Below, piece after piece: positions 36,679 to 48,270 of a DNA stretch of 64,000 nucleotides (position 1 is its first letter; each line of letters opens with the position of its first letter). Made by a program: the position numbers and the translations under genes. Under the pieces are notes generated by a model. It saw only the letters and a program-made list of their open reading frames with translations. It was not told where the DNA came from and did not search any database. Source of the stretch: an uncultured beta proteobacterium (GTDB taxonomy: Bacteria > Pseudomonadota > Gammaproteobacteria > Burkholderiales > Casimicrobiaceae); assembly GCA_963725735.1 (NCBI GenBank), contig CAVRZM010000014.1, positions 273,668-337,667 on the forward strand. Reading direction: 5' to 3'.

Positions 36679-37734
36679 TCAGAACACCCACAGGTCGCGT
36701 CGCGGAATCTCGAGCCAGTGCTCGCCCGGCGGCAGCTGCGTGAGGCCGTAGGCGCGGAGCCGCGTCTCGCCCAGGTGAAAGAGGTGCTCCCAGCGATCCC
36801 CGAGGAACATCGAGGTCACGAGCGGCAGGCGCACGCGATTGTCGCCGTCGCCGTCCGCCAGGTGCACGCGCTCGAGACGGATCATGCCCGTGGCGCTGCT
36901 GCCGACCGCGACCGGGCTGCGCGCCGCGCCCCACAGGCCCCAGCCGTCGCCGGCGAGGCGCACCTCGCCGTCGCGCGCCTCGACCACCTTGCCGGAGAGC
37001 GCGTTGTTGCTGCCCATGAACTCGGCGGTGAAGAGCGTGCGCGGACCGCCGTACATCTCCTGCGGCGAGCCCTGCTGCTCGATCACGCCGTTGTTGAGGA
37101 GCAGGATGCGATCGGACATCGCCATCGCCTCGTTCTGGTCGTGGGTGACCACGAGCGCGGAGAGCTGCATGCGCAGGATGAGCTCGCGCAGCCACGCGCG
37201 CGCTTCCTCGCGCAGCTTGGCGTCGAGGTTCGACAGCGGCTCGTCCATCAGGATCACGGGCGGGTTGTAGACCAGCGCCCGCGCGATGGCCACGCGCTGC
37301 TGCTGCCCGCCCGAGAGCTGGTGCGGCAGGCGCTCCGCAAGGTGGCCCAGCCCCAGGTTGCCGAGCGCGGTGGTGACCCGCTCCTTGATCTCGCCCGAGG
37401 CGACGCCGCGCAGCTTGAGGCCGTACGCCACGTTGTCGAACACGGTACGGTGCGGCCACAACGCGTACGACTGGAACACGAGGCCCAGGTTGCGCTTCTC
37501 CGCCGGAATCTCGACGCGCGCGTTGCCGTCGAACACCACCTTGTCCTCGATGCGGATCGTGCCGCGATGCGGGACCTCGAGGCCGGCCACCGCGCGCAGC
37601 AGCGTGGTCTTGCCGCTGCCGGAGGGCCCTAGCAGCGACACCACTTCGCCCTGCCGCAGCTCCATCGACACGCCCTTCAGGATGGCGTTGTCGCCGTACG
37701 AGAGGTGCAGGTCCGCGACTTGTAGCTTAATCAT
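36679..37734 (-). CDS. ABC transporter ATP-binding protein (Fe3+/polyamine class)
   Basis: GPSGSGKT, VFQSYALWPH, LSGGQQQR, DEPLSNLD. Confidence 0.93.
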   Translation of the reverse strand: MIKLQVADLHLSYGDNAILKGVSMELRQGEVVSLLGPSGSGKTTLLRAVAGLEVPHRGTIRIEDKVVFDGNARVEIPAEKRNLGLVFQSYALWPHRTVFDNVAYGLKLRGVASGEIKERVTTALGNLGLGHLAERLPHQLSGGQQQRVAIARALVYNPPVILMDEPLSNLDAKLREEARAWLRELILRMQLSALVVTHDQNEAMAMSDRILLLNNGVIEQQGSPQEMYGGPRTLFTAEFMGSNNALSGKVVEARDGEVRLAGDGWGLWGAARSPVAVGSSATGMIRLERVHLADGDGDNRVRLPLVTSMFLGDRWEHLFHLGETRLRAYGLTQLPPGEHWLEIPRRDLWVF

Positions 37735-39401
37735 GGAGCTTGACTCCGAAGCGCAGCGCGGTGACGAGGCCGATGGCCACCAGCACGACGTTTATGAGCG
37801 AGAGCGCGGCCACGGTGTCGGCGGCGCCGGTGCCCCACAGCGAGACCAGCAGCGAGCCGATCACCTCGGTGCCCGGACCCAGCAGGTACACGCCCGTCGA
37901 GTACTCGCGCTCGAAGATCATGAACACGAGGAGCCAGCTCGCGAGCAGGCCGTAGCGGATGAGCGGCAGCGTCACGTGGCGGCTGATCTGGCCGCGGGTC
38001 GCGCCCGCGCTGCGCGCGGCCTCCTCCAGCTCGGGTCCGACCTGCAGCAGCGAGCTCGACACGAGGCGCATGCCGTAGGCGAGCCAGACGACGGTATACG
38101 CGAGCCAGACGCTGAAGATCGTCGAGCGCAGAGGCGCCAGCGGCGGGAAGAACAGGAACACCCACAGGAACGCGAGGCCGGCGAGCAGGCCCGGCACCGC
38201 GCGCGGTACGAGCACGAGGTAGTCGACGAAGCGCGACCAGCCGTCGGGCTGGCGATGCGTCGCGAGGCCGATGGCCGTGTAGCACGCGACCGCGAGCGCG
38301 CCGCCGACCACGCCGATGAGGATCGTGTTCAGGATGCCGCGCACGAGCGTCGGCTGCTCGAACACCTCGCGAAAGTGATCGAGGGTCAGCACGTCGGCGA
38401 TCACCACGCCCTCGCCCCAGCTCGACACCACCGAGCGCAACGCGATGCCGGACAGCGGCACGACGATGGTCACGAAGAGCCAGAGCACCAGGATCGCGGC
38501 CGCGACCCAGCGCCACCTGCCGAGCGGCAACGGGCGCTGACGGCCGGCCTTGCCCTTCACCGTGACGAACTTGCCGGCGTTCTTGAGGAGATACCGCTGC
38601 AGCATCACCAGGGGAAACGTGACGGCGACGATGCACACGGCCACCGCCGCCATCAGGTGATACGACGGCGTGCCGAGCTTGTTGGTGAGCTTGTAGAGGT
38701 ACGTCGCGAGCACCAGGTGGCCCTCGGGATCGCCGAGCACCAGCGGCAGGCCGAAGATCTCGAAGCCCAGGAAGAACACCAGCACGCCGGAGAAGAGCAG
38801 CGACGGCGTGACCATCGGCAGGCTCACGTCGCGCGCGACGCGAAACGGCGAGGCCCCGGCCATGCGCGCGGCCTCCTCGACGTCCGAGCCCAGGCTCTTC
38901 AGCGCCGACGACGAGTAGAGGTACACGTGCGGCACGTGCGTGAGCCCGGCGATGATCGCGATGGCCGTGAGCGAGTACACGTTCCACGGCACGTCGCCGA
39001 CGATGTTCTTGGCCCACACCGAGTAGAACCCGACCGGGCCGGCGGCCACCACGTAGCCGAACGCGAGCACCATCGGGGACACGAACACGGGGATGAGCAC
39101 GAGCGGCTCGATCCAGCCGGCGTCCCGGCAGGTCGGTGCGCACCATCAGGAACGCGAGGATGCCGCCGAGCGGCACCGCGATGAGCGCCATGCCGCCGGC
39201 GATCACCAGCGAATTGCGGAACGCGTCCCAGAAATCCGAGTCCGCGAAGATGAACTCGAACGCCCCAGCGCCGATCGTCTTGTTCGGCGAGAAGAACGGG
39301 GCGTTGAGCAGGCTCTGGTAGAAGATGAGCCCGAGCGGCAGGAATACCGCGATCGCCGTCAGGCCGATGACGGCGATGCGCGGAACCGACGCCCGGGTCA
39401 T
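37727..39401 (-). CDS. ABC transporter permease, FbpB-like double domain (frameshift near 39110)
   Basis: Two EAA motifs (VEEAARMAGA, LEEAARSAGA). Confidence 0.9.
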
Positions 39402-39408
39402 CGAGGAC

Positions 39409-40515
39409 TTACTTGCCGCCCTTGATCGCCGCCTGCCACTGCTTGATGAAATCCAGGCGCTTCGTCTGGTCGAGATAGACCAGGAGGTCCGCGCTGACCG
39501 GGATCGGACGCACCGAGTTGCCGAGCGTCTTGGCGAGGCCCGACGCGGTCATGTCGCCCTCGACGTCGCTGCGGATCGAGCCTAAGTCCGCCGCGCCGGC
39601 GATGATCTGCTGGCCGCGCTTGGACAGGATGTAGTCGGTCCACAGCTTGGCGGCGTTGGGGTTCTTGGCCGCCTTGGAGATGAACTGGACGCGCGACATC
39701 ACGAGCGTGTAGTCCTTCGGCAGCACGTAGCCGATGCCGGGGTCCTTCTTCATGCGCAGCACCGCGTAGGACGCGAAGATGTTGTAGCCCAGCACGTTCT
39801 CGCCCGAGCTGATGCGCTCCATCATCGTGCCCGAGCTCGACTGGAAGCGCGGGCCGGCGCCGCCCATCGCCTTCACGAAGTCCCAGAACGCCGGGTTCTG
39901 CTTGCTGTCCTGCGTGATGAGCATGAAGCCCACGCCCGACTTCTCGATGTCGTAGGTCGTGAACTTGCCCTTGAGCTTGTCGGCGTTGGTCGTCAGCAGC
40001 TTGGTGAGATCGGCATGGCTTTGGGGCACGTCGGCGCCCGTGAGGAGGCGCTTGTTGTAGACGAACGCGATGGGCTCGTAGGTGGTGCCGTAGGCCGTGT
40101 TCTTGAAGTTCGCCCACGCGGGCACCTGCGGCAGCTCGGGCGACGCGTAGGCCATGCCGTTGCCGTCGTTCACGAGCTTGATCTGCAGGTCCATCGCCGA
40201 GCTCCACAGCACGTCGGCGGAGCCGCCGCCGGCCGCCACCTCGCTGATGAAGCGGTTGTAGATCTCCGTCGTGTTCATGTCGTTGTACTCGACGGAGATG
40301 CCCGGGTACAGCGCCTGGAAATCCTTGATCAGCGGATTGGCCGAGGCGGTGTCGGTCGAGCTGTAGATGACGACCTTGCCTTCCTTCTTGGCGGCGGCGA
40401 TGGTGTCGGCGTAGTTCGCGGGATAGCCGGCCGGCACCTGCGCCTGCACCGGAACGGCGGTCACGATGCCGAGCGCAACGAGCGAGGTCGCGACGGCCTT
40501 GCGGAAGGGGGTCAT
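39409..40515 (-). CDS. ABC transporter substrate-binding protein
   Basis: Signal peptide, AAKKEGKVVIYS, AKNPNAAKLW. Confidence 0.9.
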   Translation of the reverse strand: MTPFRKAVATSLVALGIVTAVPVQAQVPAGYPANYADTIAAAKKEGKVVIYSSTDTASANPLIKDFQALYPGISVEYNDMNTTEIYNRFISEVAAGGGSADVLWSSAMDLQIKLVNDGNGMAYASPELPQVPAWANFKNTAYGTTYEPIAFVYNKRLLTGADVPQSHADLTKLLTTNADKLKGKFTTYDIEKSGVGFMLITQDSKQNPAFWDFVKAMGGAGPRFQSSSGTMMERISSGENVLGYNIFASYAVLRMKKDPGIGYVLPKDYTLVMSRVQFISKAAKNPNAAKLWTDYILSKRGQQIIAGAADLGSIRSDVEGDMTASGLAKTLGNSVRPIPVSADLLVYLDQTKRLDFIKQWQAAIKGGK

Positions 40516-40661
40516 GGAGGGCTCCTGGGGAGATTGCGTTGTTCTGGCGCGCGGCGACAAGCGTACGCCGGTCGGGGCAGGAAGCTTGCCTCCGGAATTC
40601 CCTTACGTCAATCGGACGGGATCCCGCGCCGGCCCCCGGCGCACGGCCGGCGGGCGTGCTT

Positions 40662-42048
40662 TCACTTTCCGATGCAGAACCGCCCGAAGATCACGCCGAG
40701 CAGGTCGTCGGCCGTGAACTCGCCGGTGATGGCGGCCAGCGCGTCCTGCGCCTCGCGCAATTCCTCGGCGAACAGCTCGATGGGGGGTGGCGCGCTCGCC
40801 ACATGCGCGGCCGCGGCGACGAGGTGCTGTGCCGCGTCGCGCAGCGCGTCGACGTGCCGTGCCCGTGCGAGGTAGGTGTCCTCGGTGGCGCCCTCCGCGC
40901 CCACGAGCGCGAGCACCTCGCGCTCGAGATCGGCGACGCCGTCGCCGGTCAGCGCCGACAGGAACACGTGCGGCCGCGGGGTGCCGGCCTCGTCGCGCCG
41001 CTCGACGTGGGACGCGATGCCTGCGAGGTCGGCCTTGTTGTGCACGATGACCCGCGGCATCGCGGACGGCAGGCGGGCGAGCAGCGCCGCATCCTCCTCG
41101 TGCAGCGGGACGGACGCCGCGCGCGCGTCGACGAGCAGCACCACCAGGTCGGCGCGTTCCACGGCCGCCCAGGTGCGCTCGATCCCGATGCGCTCGACCG
41201 CATCCGCGGTCTCGCGCAGGCCGGCGGTGTCGACCACGGTGAGCGGAATGCCGGCGATCTCGATCACGCGCGTCACCGGGTCGCGCGTCGTGCCGGCGAT
41301 CGGCGTGACGATGGCCGCCTCCTCCCGCGCGAGGCGGTTCAGGAGGCTCGACTTGCCGACGTTCGGCCGACCGACCAGCACCACCGTCAGCCCCTCGCGC
41401 AGCAACGCGCCGGTCCGCGCACGCGCCAGCACGGCAGCGAGCTGCGCGCGAATGGCGGCGAGCTTGCGCTCGACGTCACCCGCGCGCAGGAACTCGATGT
41501 CCTCCTCGGGAAAGTCGAGCGTGGCTTCGGTGTACATCCGCAGCTCGGTGAGCGCGGCGACGAGCGCATGCACCTCGCGCGAGAACTCGCCGTCGAGGCT
41601 GCGCGCCGCGGCGCGCGCGGCGGTGGCGGTGGCCGCGTCGATGAGGTCGGCCACGCTCTCCGCCTGCGCGAGGTCGAGCTTGCCGTTGAGGAACGCGCGC
41701 CGGGTGAACTCGCCCGGTTCCGCGATGCGCGCGCCGAGCTCGATGCAGCGGGCCAGCACGAGCCGCAGCACCGACGGTCCGCCGTGGCCGTGGAACTCGA
41801 CGACCGATTCGCCGGTGTAGGAGTGCGGCGCCGGGAAGTACAGCACCAGGCCGTGATCGAGCGGCGCGCCGCGCCGCATCGCGGAACGTCGCGAGCGCGG
41901 CGGTGCGCGGCGGCGGCGCGCGGCCGGCGACGCCGGCGATCAGCGACGCGAGATCGTCACCGGACACGCGCACCACGCCGATGCCGCCGCGGCCGGGAGG
42001 CGTGGCGATGGCGGCAATGGTGACCGCACCGGGCGGCGGGACGCTCAT
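40662..42048 (-). CDS. mnmE: tRNA modification GTPase (frameshift near 41870)
   Basis: [34 protein letters not shown]-terminal FCIGK. Confidence 0.97.
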
Positions 42049-42109
42049 GCGTGTAGCTTACCGTGCGCGCACGCGCATCGCGGCGCGCGGCATGCGCAAT
42101 AATCGCGCG

Positions 42110-43528
42110 ATGCCCGCGGCTCCGGCAACGTCGTCCACGCAACGCCATGCGGGCCTGCCGGGCCTGATCGCACTCGCCGCGGTCGCGCTCCTCGGCAACG
42201 GGCTGAAGGCGATCGTGACGAGCTCGGTGCTCGTGAGCGAGGGCACGTTCGCCGCGCTCCTGCGCATGTCGCCCGAGCAGGTGGCAGCGCTCATGGAAGC
42301 GACCATCGCCGGAATGGTGGTCGCGCTCGCGGTGTGCCCGATACTGCTGCAACGGATGACGCCGCGGCGGCTGGCGCTCGCGGCCTGCGCGGCGGCGGTG
42401 GCCGCCTTCGCCGGGTTCGCGCTCGTCGAGCTTGGACAGCCTTCCCAAGCGGTGCGCGCGACGGCCGCGTTCATCGGCCTCGCGGTGGGCGCGGGCGCGC
42501 TCGCGCTGCTCGCGCCCACCGCGCAGTCGCTCGTCGCCCTGGCGCCGACGCGCGGCGCGCGCACCTCGCTGACCACCGCGTGGACCGGCGCCGCGCCCGC
42601 GGGCTTCCTCGTCGCGCCGCAGCTCGCGAAGGTCGCCCTGCCCGCCCTTGGTCTCGGCGGGTACTTCCTCGCGTTCGCCACGCTGCCGCTGCTCCTGGCC
42701 GTGGTGCTCGTGGCGCTGCCGTTCCTCCTCGCGACGCTGCGCACCAGCGCCGCCGCACCCGCGAGCGTGCCGACCCGCCTCGCGCTCGCATTCGTCGCGC
42801 TGGTGGTCGCGTTCGAAGTGTGGACGAGCGCGGGATCGGTCGTCGGCTATGCGCGGCCCTTGACGCTGGTCGCGATGGGCGTTTGCATCGCGTGCGCCTT
42901 CTTCCTCCGGCACGCGGCGCGGCGCACCGCGCGTCCGCCTTCGCTGGCCGGCCCGGCCGCGTGGCTGCTGCTCGCGCTGTTCGTGCTGGAGATGCCGACG
43001 ACCGGCTTCTTCGACACGGCGTTCCTCGTGGAACGGCACTACGCGGAAGCGTTCATCGCCGATCGCGCGACGTTCGGCGCCGCTGCGCAGATCGCGGGGA
43101 CCCTCGCGGCCGGCGCGCTGGTGCATCGGCTGCCGGCGATCGAATCCGCGCTGCGCCTGGCGTTCGCGGCGATCGCCGCCGTCGGCGTCGCCTTGCTCGC
43201 CGGCTATCCGTGGATCGCCGCGGCGGGCTACCTGTTCGCGGCGCCGATGGTCGAAGGCTTCGGCGCGGCCGGCCTCACGGTGCTCGTGTGTCTCGCGCTG
43301 GTGCGCGAGGCCGGCGCGCATCCGCTGCTCGCCGCCTTTCCGTCGATGGCGATCATGCTCGGCACCGAGTTCGGATTGGAGCTCCTGCAGCTCGCGTTCG
43401 CCGCCGCGGGGTCGGCGGGCCTCGACGCGCAGCAAGGCTACGCGCTGGTGTTCGCGGCGCAGGCGTTCCTGGCGCTGGCGGTGCCCGTGCTGCTGCTGGT
43501 CGCGGCCCGGCGGGAACGCGCGGCATGA
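42110..43528 (+). CDS. Divergent polytopic membrane protein, MFS-like
   Basis: Intact ORF of about 470 aa with roughly 12-14 hydrophobic segments. Confidence 0.7.
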   Translation: MPAAPATSSTQRHAGLPGLIALAAVALLGNGLKAIVTSSVLVSEGTFAALLRMSPEQVAALMEATIAGMVVALAVCPILLQRMTPRRLALAACAAAVAAFAGFALVELGQPSQAVRATAAFIGLAVGAGALALLAPTAQSLVALAPTRGARTSLTTAWTGAAPAGFLVAPQLAKVALPALGLGGYFLAFATLPLLLAVVLVALPFLLATLRTSAAAPASVPTRLALAFVALVVAFEVWTSAGSVVGYARPLTLVAMGVCIACAFFLRHAARRTARPPSLAGPAAWLLLALFVLEMPTTGFFDTAFLVERHYAEAFIADRATFGAAAQIAGTLAAGALVHRLPAIESALRLAFAAIAAVGVALLAGYPWIAAAGYLFAAPMVEGFGAAGLTVLVCLALVREAGAHPLLAAFPSMAIMLGTEFGLELLQLAFAAAGSAGLDAQQGYALVFAAQAFLALAVPVLLLVAARRERAA

Positions 43529-43600
43529 CCGGCCCGATCGGGACTCGTCGCGCTGGCCAGCCGGTGGCGTATCGCGCGCACCGATGGCCCGCGCGATCGA

Positions 43601-45325
43601 TCACCGGCGCGTCGCCGCCTTCAGCCGCCGCCTCCTTCTCGAGCATCCGGTTCACGTGCCACTGCTGGACGATCTGCAGGCATGTTGTTGACGAGCCAGT
43701 ACAGCACCAGGCCCGACGGGAAGAAGATGAACATCACCGAGAACGCGATCGGCATGATCTGCATCACCTTCGCCTGCACCGGGTCGGTGATCGGCGTCGG
43801 CGACGAGCTTCACCTGCAGGTACGCGGTGATCGCGTAGATCACCGGGCAGCACGTAGAACGGATCGGGCGCCGACAGGTCGTGGATCCACAGGATCCACG
43901 GCGCCTGGCGCAGCTCGACCGCGGACAGCAGCACCCAGTACAGCGCGATGAACACCGGAATCTGCACGACGATCGGCAGGCAGCCGCCCAGCGGATTGAT
44001 CTTCTCCGTCTTGTACATCTCCATCATCTTGATCTGCAGCTGCTGCTTGTCGTTGGCGTACTGCTCCTGCAGCGCCTTCATCTTGGGCGCGATGATCTTC
44101 ATCTTGGCCATCGAGCGCGCCGACGCCGCGTTCAGCGGATAGAACACGCCCTTGATCATGATGGTCATCACGATGATCGCCCAGCCCCAGTTGCCGATGA
44201 TGCCGTGCAGCCACTTGAGCAGCCAGAACAGCGGCGCCGCGATGACCGTGAAGATGCCGTAGTCGACGACGCGGTCGAGTCCCTCGGCCGTCTTGGCGAG
44301 CACGTCCTGGTCCTGCGGGCCCGACGTAGAGCGGCACGCGCACCTCGCCGGTCGCGCCGGGGGCGATGGTGCCCACCGGCACGATGACGCCGGCGGCGTA
44401 GAGGCCGTTGTCGAGCTTGCGCGTGTAGAACTCGCGCGGCGTCTTCTTCTCGTCGGACGGCAGCCACGCGGCGACGAAGTAGTGCTCGATCATCCCGACC
44501 CAGCCGTTGTCGGTGCTCCTGGTGTAGGTCGGCTTGCGGCTGGGGTCGGCGGCTTCCTTGTCGATCTCGCCGAAATCGACCTTCTTGAAGTGATCGTTGG
44601 CGTTGTAGACGACCGGGCCCGACGTAGGACGCGGGCGCCATCGAGTTCTGCGCGACCGCGGACTTGGTGTCGCGCGTGAGCTGGAAATACGCGTACGGCG
44701 AGAGCGGCTGCGCGCCGTTGTTGGCGACGTCGAACGCGACGTCGATGAGGTAGCTGCCGCGGTGGAACGTCAGGACCTGCGTGACCTTGTCGCCGCCGGG
44801 CGTGGCGGCGGTGAGGCGCAGCTCGACGCGATCGCTGCCGGCGGCCAGGTCGCGCGGCCCGGGCACCGCCTCGCCACAGCGTGCGATGGTTGGGCAGGCC
44901 TTCGCCGATCAGGCCCGCCTGCGCGATGAACGTGCGCTCCGCGGTGCGCTGCAGCGCGTTGTACGGCTTGGTCGGGTCGGTCGCGTCGTGGTGCTTGCTC
45001 AGCGAGACGAGCGTGATCACGCCGCCGACCGTGTCGACCTCGGCGGTGTAGAGGTCGGTCGTGATCCTGATGCGTCTGGCCGCCGGCCGCGACCGGCGCG
45101 CCCGAAGGGGCAGGCACCGCGGAGCTGCGCGCCTGGCCGCCGGCGCACTCGGGCGTGGGCACCGATGCATCCTTCGCGGGCGCCGCCGGCGCGGCGCCGG
45201 GCGCGGGTTGCGCCGCCTGCTGCACGACCGCCGGCGGCGGCGCGTGCTCGCTGCTGCCACTGCCGTCCAGAGGAGAAGCCGGAGAAGGTGAAGATGACGA
45301 ACAGGATGAGGCGCTGGGTGTCCAT
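43601..45325 (-). CDS. yidC: Membrane protein insertase (multiple frameshifts)
   Basis: [38 protein letters not shown]. Confidence 0.95.
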
Positions 45326-45386
45326 CACGGTCGAAGCTTGCCGCGCGTCCTGTCGGCGACGCCGCGGCACCTTGTCGGAAATCGGG

Positions 45387-45597
45387 CTAGGGAACGGGGT
45401 CGAAACCCCCGGGATGATACGGGTGGCAGCGGGCGACGCGACGTACCGGCTAACCATATGCCGCGCAGCGCGCCGTGCTTCTCGATGGCTTCGCGGGCGT
45501 AATCCGAGCAGCTCGGGTAGAAGCGGCAGTTGTTGCCGAGCAGCGGGCGCAGCAAGTACTGGTAGCCGCGGACCAGCCAGAGCAGCAGCGTCTTCAT
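45387..45597 (-). CDS. yidD: Membrane protein insertion efficiency factor
   Basis: CRFYPSCSDYA, GGFDPVP*. Confidence 0.92.
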
Positions 45598-45980
45598 GGC
45601 GCGCGCTCGGCGAGGCCCGCCAGCAGCCGCAGGGCTTCCTGCGCCGACCGCGTCCTGCTCGACGCGATTGCGCGCCCGCTTCACGCGCACGATCACGTCG
45701 AGCGGAGGCAGGCCCGGCCGCAGCGCGCGCACCACCTCGCGCAGCTTGCGGCGCATGCGATTGCGGTCGACGGCGCGCGGCGCGATCTTGCGGCCGATGA
45801 CGTAGCCGGTCCGTCCGCCGGCAACGGCGGACGGAGCGACGACCAGAGAGAGGTAGAGGCCTTCCACGCGACGGCCGGTGCGAAACACCGCCTCGAACGC
45901 GCCCTGCCCCGTGAGGCGATGCGCCCGGCTGCCCGTGACGCGCGCCGTTGCCGGCGGGACCGTCGGCGGCCGCTTCAGAT
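45594..45980 (-). CDS. rnpA: RNase P protein component; start uncertain
   Basis: AVDRNRMRR (RNR motif), position between rpmH and yidD. Confidence 0.88.
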
Positions 45981-45985
45981 GCGGG

Positions 45986-46120
45986 TCAGGCGGACAGGCT
46001 CTTGCGGCCCTTGGCGCGGCGCGCCGAGAGCACCTTGCGGCCACCGACCGACGACATGCGCGCGCGAAAGCCGTGCACGCGTGCGCGACGGATCTTGGAG
46101 GGCTGGAACGTGCGTTTCAT
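45986..46120 (-). CDS. rpmH: 50S ribosomal protein L34
   Basis: [22 protein letters not shown]...RRAKGR. Confidence 0.98.
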   Translation of the reverse strand: MKRTFQPSKIRRARVHGFRARMSSVGGRKVLSARRAKGRKSLSA

Positions 46121-46308
46121 GGCGAGCCTTCGCTTCTTTCTGCGGGGAACTTGGAAAAGCCTTACATTAGAGCGCGTTAGGCACCATTCTGTCAAGGCGG
46201 CGCCGCCCATCCGCGCACCGGCGATGGCGATGCGAGCGGTCACTTTCGGCGCGCCCCGCCACGCTGCACGCAAGGCCCCCGCCGATTCCGGACTCCGGCA
46301 CCCGTCCC

Positions 46309-46317
46309 TGTGGATAA
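46309..46317. promoter_or_regulatory. DnaA box in the rpmH-dnaA intergenic region
   Basis: TGTGGATAA, perfect reverse complement of TTATCCACA. Confidence 0.85.
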
Positions 46318-46447
46318 CTGGCGCGGACGCGACTACAATCCACAGCCCGCGCGCCCTGCCGGCCGATCCCCGCGTTCCACCGGGGCGCGCCGTGCAAGGG
46401 CGTCGTTGTCAACGATCCGAAGAAAAGCCGACAAGAGCCTGCCCTAC

Positions 46448-47895
46448 ATGCCCGCCACACCCGCCATCGCGACCCCGACCCCCCTGCCGCCGGCGTGGGA
46501 CGCCTGCCTCGCGGCGTTCAAGCGCGAGCTCACGCCCCAGCAATTCGTGACGTGGATCCAGCCGCTGGCCTGCCAGGTCGACGGCGGCGTGCTGAAGCTG
46601 ACTGCGCCCAACCGCTTCGTGCTGCAGTGGGTGCGCGAGCGCTTCGGCGCGCGGATCGTGCCGCTGGCGCGCCGAGGCGACGGGCGGCCCGGTCGGCGTC
46701 GAATACGCCGTCGCCGACAGCGCCCCCGCCGCCCCGTCGCCCGCGCCCCGGCCGGCCGCGCCGGGCCCGCCGCGCTGACCCGGCCCGTGCCTGTGGATAG
46801 CTCCCCCGGGCCCGTGGCGATCCGGCAGCTCGCCGCCCCTGCGGTGCGCCGTCCCCGCGCCCCGGAAGGGCGAGGCAGCGAGCCTCAATCCGACCTTCAA
46901 CTTCGCGAGCTTCGTGTCCGGCAAGGCCAACCAGCTCGCCCGGGCCGCCGGCCTGCAGGTGGCCGACCACCCGACTTCGTACAACCCGCTTTTCGTCTAC
47001 GGCGGCGTGGGGCTCGGCAAGACCCACCTGATCCAGGCGATCGGCAACCACATCCTCGCGGCCAACCCGGCGGCGCAAGCATCCGCTACATCCACGCCGA
47101 GACCTACGTGTCGCGACGTGGTGCGCGCGTACCAGCACAAGGCGTTCGACGAGTTCAAGCGGCACTATCGCTCGCTCGACCTGCTGCTCATCGACGACAT
47201 CCAGTTCTTCGGCGGCAAGAGCCGCACGCAGGAGGAGTTCTTCTACCTGTTCAACACGCTGATCGAGGCGCACAAGCAGGTCGTCATCACCTGCGACACC
47301 TACCCGAAGGAGATCGCCGGCATCGAGGAGCGCCTGATCTCGCGCTTCGGCTGGGGCCTGACCGTGGCGCTCGAGCCGCCCGAGCTCGAGATGCGCGTGG
47401 CGATCCTGCTCGCCAAGGCGCAGTCGGTGGGCATGCGGATGGACGAGCAGGTCGCGTTCTTCATCGCCAAGCACATCCGCTCCAACGTGCGCGAGCTCGA
47501 AGGCGCGCTGAAGCGCGTCCTGGCGTACTCGAACTTCCACGGCCAGGAGATCTCGCTCGACGCTCGCCAAGGACGCGCTGCGCGACCTGCTGGCGGTGCA
47601 GAACCGGCAGATCAGCATCGAGAACATCCAGAAGACGGTCGCCGACTACTACAAGATCCGCGTCTCGGACATGCACTCGAAGAAGCGGTCGCGCGCGGTC
47701 GCGCGGCCGCGCCAGGTCGCCATGGCGCTGGCCAAGGAACTGACGCAGATGTCGCTGCCGGAGATCGGCAGCAACTTCGGCGGACGCGATCACACGACGG
47801 TGCTGCACGCGTGCCGGCAGATCGCCAAGCTGCGCGAATCGCTGCCCGACATGAACCACGACGTCAATTTCCTGCTGCAGGTGCTGCGCAGCTGA
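46448..47895 (+). CDS. dnaA: Chromosomal replication initiator (frameshifted)
   Basis: [52 protein letters not shown]. Confidence 0.97.
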
Positions 47896-48270
47896 CGCGT
47901 CGACGACGCGGCTTTCGGACCGCCATTTTCGCGTCATCCTGAGCGCAGCGCAGCATTGCTGCGTTCCCGCGGCCGCGTTCCGCCCCCTCCGATTACCCGT
48001 TTTTCCCTATGAAAACGGGCCTTTTCGATGTATAATTGACAAGTTTTGCAGCGGGTCCGGCCGGTATGGATTTCGGGCCTTTGGTGTGCACAAAACGGGG
48101 ACAACCCGCGTGAATTCACGGTCGGACGGTTCGGTCCCCAAACGATCCACAACGCGCACATGCGGTTATCCGCTGGCTTCGAGTTGCGCCACGTCCCTGA
48201 ACCGCAAGCGTCTTTTGCCGTTGATCCCCGGTTTCGCCGGCCTCCTATTAACTGATCCTAGTGTTCAACA
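47896..48270. other. Candidate oriC (dnaA-dnaN intergenic region)
   Basis: 375 bp lower-GC spacer with an AT-rich patch near 47999-48048 and 7/9 DnaA-box matches (TGTGCACAA 48085, CGATCCACA 48143, TTATCCGCT 48166). Confidence 0.55.
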
